DNA from: Horticoccus luteus
GTDB taxonomy: Bacteria; Verrucomicrobiota; Verrucomicrobiia; Opitutales; Opitutaceae
Length of the DNA stretch: 32,000 nucleotides
Assembly (NCBI RefSeq): GCF_019464535.1
Contig: NZ_CP080507.1
Span: 3,300,001-3,332,000, forward strand
Reading direction: 5' to 3'
Made by a program: the position numbers and the translations under genes. The stretch's first letter is position 1. Each line of letters begins with the position of its first letter. The notes below the pieces were generated by a model. That model did no database searches and was not told where the DNA came from. It saw only the letters and a program-made list of their open reading frames with translations. Of the stretch, positions 26,875 to 32,000 are shown piece by piece.

Positions 26875-27969
26875 TCAGTCGCCAACCGGCACGACGACGG
26901 CAGGCGCATCGTTCTCCCGGATTTCCAACAGCGTAAAGGGATATTTCAGCTTTTTCGTATCCGGCGTCGCCGGCGTGGGTGCCGGAGCCGTCGCGCGCGC
27001 CGTCTCGCTTTTCGCTTTCTCCAAATCGCTGAGTCCGACCGCCTCCGCCCCATTCTGGCCCGGAGTGATCAACACACTCATGCGATAAATCGACGGCCCT
27101 TGCCGCACGGTCACCTTCACGCGCAGCGCCCGAATATCCGTGGAAAACCCGGCGGGCACCGACTGCCCGCCGAGGAGCGGCGCCGCATCCTTCGCCGAGC
27201 GAAACCACTGCGGCCCTTGCAACGCATAGGACCCCGTGCCGCTCAGATAATTGCGCACTTCTTCGACTGAGCGGGCATCCTGGACGCCGAGCGCCGCAAA
27301 CACGTCAGCCGGTGCCGAGTTCAAATTGCTGCCGGTGAATTTGTAGAGCGAAAACATCTGCGTAAACCTCAGCCAACGCTCGTTGGGCCGTCCTGCTTTG
27401 TCGTAAAAAAAATCACGCGCGATCGCGATGTCTCTCAGCTCGTCGAAGCTGCGCAATGACCGTTTAGGCGCCTCGTAAGGCAAAGTCGCGTGTTCATAGT
27501 CGTCGATCGCCAGATCGTTCGATTTCAGAGCATCCTTGCTCATCCACGTGATCAAGGCATCCGACAATTGCTCGGCCTCCATCTGCCGCACATCCCACGA
27601 TTTGAAGACATTGATCAGCATCGGCCCGTCCACCGTGGGCAGTGATAGTTTGCCGCTTTCGTCCTCAAAACTGACTTCCACCTGGCGTCCCTCGGTCGGC
27701 GTGTAACCGGCAAACGCCAGCGGATCGCCCCACCCTTCCGATGGGCTGTGCAATCCCCCCAACGCGCGGCGAAACTCCTCCAGCACAGACAACGTCGTTT
27801 CAACCGCCGAATACGCTTCCTGCCGCAGCCGCACGCTGTCGGCCACCCGCGTTTCCACCAGCAGATCGTTCGACGCTTTTTCCGCAAAGACCATCAACGC
27901 GAACACGGCGCCCAGCAGCGTCACCATGACGACAATCAGCACTGACCCGCGTTTGGAAAGGGCGCGCAT
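26875..27969 (-). CDS. gspK: Type II secretion minor pseudopilin GspK
   Basis: I chose the ATG at 27969 (MRALSKRGSVLIVVMVTLLGAVFALMV). This is the GspK-type N-terminus, which lacks the Phe+1/Glu+5 of other pseudopilins. The large ~360-aa body is as in GspK. It begins 5 nt after the gspJ stop. Confidence 0.75.
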   Translation of the reverse strand: MRALSKRGSVLIVVMVTLLGAVFALMVFAEKASNDLLVETRVADSVRLRQEAYSAVETTLSVLEEFRRALGGLHSPSEGWGDPLAFAGYTPTEGRQVEVSFEDESGKLSLPTVDGPMLINVFKSWDVRQMEAEQLSDALITWMSKDALKSNDLAIDDYEHATLPYEAPKRSLRSFDELRDIAIARDFFYDKAGRPNERWLRFTQMFSLYKFTGSNLNSAPADVFAALGVQDARSVEEVRNYLSGTGSYALQGPQWFRSAKDAAPLLGGQSVPAGFSTDIRALRVKVTVRQGPSIYRMSVLITPGQNGAEAVGLSDLEKAKSETARATAPAPTPATPDTKKLKYPFTLLEIRENDAPAVVVPVGD

Positions 27970-27973
27970 GAAA

Positions 27974-28618
27974 TCAGAAGTTGGGCTGACCTTCGGCCGA
28001 AGTCGGAATGGCAATCATCGATTCACGCGTCATGCCGCCATAGGTGAACTTCAGGCGCAATCGCTGCGGCACGAGCATCTCGCTGTTATCGCCGCGGCGG
28101 AAGCTCGTCTCCGTGCGCCACCGCTTCAAGTCGGCATCGTAGTAGTCGTAACTCAAGCCCGTGACCCACGGGCTGATGATTGTTTCGCGCGGCGGATCAT
28201 CGCTGAACTTCATTTCCAGCCGCGAATGCCAGAGGAGAACGAGGCCTTCGCGTTCGCGCACCTGCAGCGAGCACACGACATCGGGCAGCGGGTTGTCCGG
28301 CCAGCTCATCAGCCGGTTGGGCTGCCGCAATTCGTAAGTGATCAAGTTGTCGGTGCCGCTCCCGCGCGTGCGAATCTCGACCACGCTGATCGGTTCGCGG
28401 TCCAGCCGCGCCGGCGGCGGCAAGACGGCTTCGCGCAACTGGTTCCCGACCCAGCGACTCACCGCGCGGGTGTGCAATTCGAAAAGGCGCCCCTCCGACT
28501 GCCTTCCCCACAACTCGCCCATCGAGAAAATGAACGTGTTCAACCCGACAAACAGCAGCCCGGTCAGCGCCAGGGCCAACAGCATTTCCAGCAGCGTGAA
28601 TCCGCGGCGACCGTTCAT
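27974..28618 (-). CDS. gspJ: Type II secretion minor pseudopilin GspJ-like
   Basis: The ATG at 28618 gives MNGRRGFTLLEMLLALALTGLLFVG, a prepilin cleavage/methylation motif. ~214 aa. ATGA overlap with the upstream gene. The track ORF's 50-codon N-extension was rejected. Confidence 0.75.
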   Translation of the reverse strand: MNGRRGFTLLEMLLALALTGLLFVGLNTFIFSMGELWGRQSEGRLFELHTRAVSRWVGNQLREAVLPPPARLDREPISVVEIRTRGSGTDNLITYELRQPNRLMSWPDNPLPDVVCSLQVREREGLVLLWHSRLEMKFSDDPPRETIISPWVTGLSYDYYDADLKRWRTETSFRRGDNSEMLVPQRLRLKFTYGGMTRESMIAIPTSAEGQPNF

Positions 28619-29082
28619 TGCTTCGGTTGCTGCAACTCGAGAATGCGATCCCGCACATCCGCCCGCAGTTTCGTTTGCTCGACCGGATCGCTCCACGTCG
28701 GACGCAAGGCTCGAAACGTATCCGTAATCCGTCGCGGTTCGCGTTCCGCCGGCGATGTGATCTCGCACGTGAGCGTGACGTCAAAAAGGTCGGGGAGGTT
28801 GGTCGAGGCAATCGCCGCCGACCATTGCACGTGCCGGTCGCCGGAGTCGAAAGAAAGACCTTCCTCCGCTTTCTTCACGTCTGGTTCTGCGAGCAATTGA
28901 CCGCGGGCAAATCGCAGGTCCTCCGCCGCATCGTCTCCTTTCGCCGCGGCCGCATAGCCGTTCAATATGTTCACATAAGCGGCGCCGAGCACGACGGCGC
29001 CCATCGCGAAAACGGCAAAGGCGATCAACACCTCCAGCAGTGTGAACGCGCGGTGCGTCGGCTGCGGATGGCGCGCCCTCAT
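28615..29082 (-). CDS. gspI: Type II secretion minor pseudopilin GspI-like
   Basis: The ATG at 29082 gives MRARHPQPTHRAFTLLEVLIAFAVFAMGAVVLG. ~155 aa. ATGA overlap with the gspH stop. Confidence 0.7.
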   Translation of the reverse strand: MRARHPQPTHRAFTLLEVLIAFAVFAMGAVVLGAAYVNILNGYAAAAKGDDAAEDLRFARGQLLAEPDVKKAEEGLSFDSGDRHVQWSAAIASTNLPDLFDVTLTCEITSPAEREPRRITDTFRALRPTWSDPVEQTKLRADVRDRILELQQPKQ

Positions 29083-29636
29083 GGTTTGGGCGCGACGAGC
29101 ACAGGCGCGCAGGTCCACGGATCAATCGCCAGACTCCACGGCTCGCCGGTCTGTCCGCGGAATTGAATGCGAAACGGATCGCACGTCCCATCCGGATAGA
29201 ATTTCACGACCGGTATCTTTTGCGTTTCGACGAGGTCGCCGCCGAGCAAGATCGATCCACCGCCGGTCGCAGCTTGCAGAAAGTTCACGTCGATCTTCCG
29301 GTCCGTCGGCAAAGCGAACTCCTTCTTTGCGCCTGCGGTCGTGGTCATCACAAAGCTGCGTGCGTCCGGATCGAATGAAAGTTCCACCGGAGTCTCGCTG
29401 CGCAGCGCCGTCTTCCGGGCTTCACGCACCGTTTTCCAGAACACCTCGTCCGGCGTCTTCGGCTGATCGCTCAACATCCGATTCGCACCGACCAGCAGCA
29501 CGGCGGCGAGCATCGCCATGACCGCGATGCTGAGCAAAATCTCCAAAAGCGTAAACGCCGACTGCGCAGATGCAGCCGGTGGGAAGCGGCGGGGTCGCCG
29601 GCTAATCAACCGGCTTGGAACGAGAAAAATCACCAA
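29079..29636 (-). CDS. gspH: Type II secretion minor pseudopilin GspH-like
   Basis: Contains QSAFTLLEILLSIAVMAMLAAVLLVG after a basic leader. The start is uncertain: the track start at 29636 is TTG, GTG is at 29633, and there is no in-frame ATG before the motif. Confidence 0.65.
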   Translation of the reverse strand: MVIFLVPSRLISRRPRRFPPAASAQSAFTLLEILLSIAVMAMLAAVLLVGANRMLSDQPKTPDEVFWKTVREARKTALRSETPVELSFDPDARSFVMTTTAGAKKEFALPTDRKIDVNFLQAATGGGSILLGGDLVETQKIPVVKFYPDGTCDPFRIQFRGQTGEPWSLAIDPWTCAPVLVAPKP

Positions 29637-30067
29637 TTCCCGATGTCGTCATCACTCTCCGTGCCATCCGGTCCCAACGAGAACACATCGTAGCTGTTCT
29701 TGTTGTGAGTGCCCGGATAACGATATTGATACGGATGGCCCCACGGATCCAGCGGCTGCTTGTCCCCCCGCGCCTGAATATACGGGCCGTGCCAGCGGTC
29801 GGCCTTGCCCTGCGGTGGCGTGATCAACGCCTGAATGCCTTCCGCCGTGGACGGGTAGTCGCCCATCTGCAGTCGATAAGTCGTCAGTGGCGTGGCCATG
29901 CTTTCGTTCACAAACAACTTCGCGGTGGTGACCTGCGCCCCGCCGAAGATGGTGTCGGTCTTGACCACCGCCAGCCCCACGAGGAGGCCGAGGATCGCCA
30001 AAGCCACCAAAATTTCCAGGAGCGTGAACGCCGAACGTGAGCGGGAGGTTTTTTTGCGAGCAAACAT
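29630..30067 (-). CDS. gspG: Type II secretion major pseudopilin GspG
   Basis: The ATG at 30067 gives MFARKKTSRSRSAFTLLEILVALAILGLLVGLAV. The conserved GspG body is YRLQMGDYPSTAEGIQAL ... GPY ... DPWGHPYQYRYPG ... YDVFSLGPDG. An alternative ATG is at 30085; the longer track start at 30202 is unlikely. Confidence 0.88.
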   Translation of the reverse strand: MFARKKTSRSRSAFTLLEILVALAILGLLVGLAVVKTDTIFGGAQVTTAKLFVNESMATPLTTYRLQMGDYPSTAEGIQALITPPQGKADRWHGPYIQARGDKQPLDPWGHPYQYRYPGTHNKNSYDVFSLGPDGTESDDDIGNW

Positions 30068-30206
30068 TGCGTGAGCGAAAGCCATGGGAAGAAAGCGTAA
30101 AACAGGAAACGGTAAAGGGAGCGAAAAAGGATGCAATCCGCAATCCCCCCGCGGAGACGCGCGGCCGTGCGCCGGGTTACTGCGCGTGGCGGGTTTGAAC
30201 AAGAAC

Positions 30207-30228
30207 GGCGGAGGCTTTCGCCTCCGCC
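30207..30228 (-). terminator. Strong hairpin between tRNA-Arg and gspG (possible tRNA terminator)
   Basis: 9-bp stem GGCGGAGGC / GCCTCCGCC with a 4-nt loop. On the minus strand it is followed by GUUCUUGUUC, which is moderately U-rich. Confidence 0.4.
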
Positions 30229-30376
30229 GTCTTCACCTGTATCAGACACCACCACGTCAGCTGCAATGGCCATGGTGGAAACGTTTTGGCGGGAAAACTC
30301 CGCCGACCGCATCGGGGATTTACCTATGCATGTAGGCCCGCCCTCGTCAAGACGAAGGCCGTCTACTGCGTCTGGT

Positions 30377-30452
30377 TGGCGCCCCCGCCCGGACTTGAAC
30401 CGGGATGCGCGGTTTAGGAAACCACTGCTCTATCCAGTTGAGCTACGGGGAC
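30377..30452 (-). tRNA. tRNA-Arg (anticodon CCT), encoded CCA
   Basis: The reverse complement, GTCCCCGTAGCTCAACTGGATAGAGCAGTGGTTTCCTAAACCGCGCATCCCGGTTCAAGTCCGGGCGGGGGCGCCA, has an acceptor stem with one G-U pair. It also has anticodon stem GTGGT/ACCGC with loop TTCCTAA, and T-arm CCCGG-TTCAAGT-CCGGG. Confidence 0.9.
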
Positions 30453-30631
30453 GTAGGTCACAAATGACGGCAATATCCCTTGCCTGACCCCTTCGAACTC
30501 ATTGCGAAGATAGGCGCCCATTACAACCAACATTTCCCGCGGACGCCTTCGTAAGAGCGAGACCCTTGGCCCACCCCGCTCGCTATCACGCGGTCGCACG
30601 CTACTTCCGCGACGCGCGACGGTTCTCTTGC

Positions 30632-32000
30632 TCACAGTGCCGCTAAACGGAGCAGCCCCCACAGCAGGCCGACGATGGCGAACGTCACCGCGCAACAAAG
30701 CGCAAATCCCACCGCGTCAGTGCGATTCCATTTGGTGAATTCCCACGTCGAGGACGGAAACAACTTCGCCTTGTCGAAACGATGGGGCGCGTGCCGCGTC
30801 GCTTCAATTTCCGCGAGGTCGATCGCCGGCGTGGCGCCGACGGGCGTTTTCATTTTACCGAAGAAAAGATCCACTCGCCTCTGGTCTGGTCGCCTCGTCA
30901 CAAAACTCGCCACCACCACCAAAAACAACGGCAGGAGCGCATCGACAAAAAACCGTCCCGCCAGTCGTCCTCCCGCCGCCAAATGCGCAGGGTCGATGCC
31001 CACGACTTTGAGCAACGCCAACTCCGTATGAAACCGCCCGTGGCCTTCCAATGCGCTGCCGAGATCGTTGGGATTCATTCGTTGCACCGATTCGAAGTAA
31101 ACCGGCAGCGGACGCCCGGAGCCGTCGGAAACGCGCGCCACAAACGTCGGATGCGTCGCGATGGCCGGCACTTTTTGCAGCGCGAGCGGGAGGAAAATAT
31201 TGAGCAGCGCCGCGCCGATGACTGCTGTCCAAACCGCGCCGGCGGTCACCCGCCGCCAGATAAACATTAAGAGAATCGCCGCGCCAAACGGCACGTTGAT
31301 CGTCATGGCGAATTGCAGCACGGTATAGACACTATTGAGCTGCGTGGCCACCAACACACCCAAGATCAGCACCACGACGATCGTCCACCGCCCCGCCCGC
31401 ACGATTGCGGCCTCCGAAGCGTGCGGCCGGACAACGCCGAATAAATTGCGGGCGAACAGCGCGGACACGAACATCGCTTGCGCGGCGATCGTCGACATGT
31501 TCGCTGCCAGCACGCCCGCGAACATCAGGCCGACCAACCCGGGCCCGAGCAGTTGTCGCGACATCGCGCCCCAAACCAGATCCGGGTCCGCGAGACGATG
31601 GGGGCCGGAGAACATCGCGATGGCGATCAATCCGCAAAATGCCCACAGCACCGTCATGAAGCGCTTCCCATAATTTCCCGCGGCGGCGCCAAACCGCGCG
31701 GCGAACTCGTTGCGCGCAGAACCGGCCAGCCCCATGTTACCCACGCCCGCATGCGTCTGTAACAACGTCGCCAGCAAAACCGCGACAATCGTCCAGCCCG
31801 TAAATTCCGCCGTGCCGCCGGTCGCGAAGAGCTCGAACATTTCCGGCGCCACTTTGGCTCCAAGTTGGTGCCAGCCGCCGATGGCGGACAGGCCCGCCGG
31901 AATGAGGATCGCGGAAAACACGACGATCAGCACCCCCTGAAACACCTCCGTCAACGCCGTCGAGGCCATGCCGCCCATGATGATATAAAACCCGATCGCG
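30632..32000 (-). CDS. Sodium:solute symporter (SSF) family transporter, N-terminus beyond window edge
   Basis: The frame stays open to the window end (…AIGFYIIMGGMASTALTEVFQG…). The sequence is highly hydrophobic with many predicted TM segments, and the GG(M)xxxxxTExxQ motif is typical of SSF transporters. Confidence 0.75.
   Translation of the reverse strand, partial: AIGFYIIMGGMASTALTEVFQGVLIVVFSAILIPAGLSAIGGWHQLGAKVAPEMFELFATGGTAEFTGWTIVAVLLATLLQTHAGVGNMGLAGSARNEFAARFGAAAGNYGKRFMTVLWAFCGLIAIAMFSGPHRLADPDLVWGAMSRQLLGPGLVGLMFAGVLAANMSTIAAQAMFVSALFARNLFGVVRPHASEAAIVRAGRWTIVVVLILGVLVATQLNSVYTVLQFAMTINVPFGAAILLMFIWRRVTAGAVWTAVIGAALLNIFLPLALQKVPAIATHPTFVARVSDGSGRPLPVYFESVQRMNPNDLGSALEGHGRFHTELALLKVVGIDPAHLAAGGRLAGRFFVDALLPLFLVVVASFVTRRPDQRRVDLFFGKMKTPVGATPAIDLAEIEATRHAPHRFDKAKLFPSSTWEFTKWNRTDAVGFALCCAVTFAIVGLLWGLLRLAAL

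Noticed and set aside
30068-30202. Long N-terminal extension of the gspG track ORF (start at 30202)
   Set aside because: It would add 45 residues (MFKPATRSNPAHGRASPRGDCGLHPFSLPL...) before the basic leader. Prepilin leaders are short, and the ATG at 30067 gives a typical 12-residue basic leader before AFTLLE.
1-32000. CRISPR arrays, rRNA genes, prophage structural genes, toxin-antitoxin pairs or known defence-system gene sets
   Set aside because: I found no regularly spaced direct repeats with unique spacers, no rRNA-like conserved segments, and no ORFs with nuclease, helicase, methylase, reverse-transcriptase or toxin signatures on either strand.

Overview
This is a high-GC bacterial chromosomal segment. 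My spot counts gave 43/60 G+C in a gspF line. Gene content and the pseudopilin leader style suggest a Verrucomicrobiota/Opitutales-like organism, but that is inference only.

Layout:
- 1-9.9 kb (+ strand): 3' part of an RND efflux permease, a small rhodanese, a CoA-disulfide-reductase-type flavoprotein with a C-terminal rhodanese, a Cys/Met-family PLP enzyme, a secreted 5'-nucleotidase/metallophosphoesterase, a possible 32-aa Lys-rich ORF and an RRM RNA-binding protein.
- 10-13.6 kb: rpoZ, tRNA-Leu(CAG), eda, a degenerate P-loop (G3E/CobW-like) protein and aroC.
- 13.7-30.1 kb: a type II secretion-like locus split into two convergent halves. gspD-E-F lies on + (13743-18834). gspG-H-I-J-K plus L-like and M-like genes lies on - (30067-25205), followed by a secreted cyclophilin/Ig/tandem-module protein.
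- Between the two halves sit a complete three-ORF IS66 element (18970-21436) with 24-bp inverted repeats (23/24 match) and no target-site duplication, and a visibly lower-GC segment (21437-23083; 34/60 G+C in each of two counted lines). That segment carries one orphan pentapeptide-repeat protein and about 460 bp of structured non-coding DNA.
- Window end: tRNA-Arg(CCT) and a partial sodium:solute symporter.

I saw no CRISPR array, rRNA or recognisable defence-system gene set. The most unusual material is the IS66/low-GC insertion inside the gsp locus and the accessory protein appended to the pseudopilin operon. Many long ORFs antisense to or out of frame with the real genes are high-GC artefacts and were rejected.
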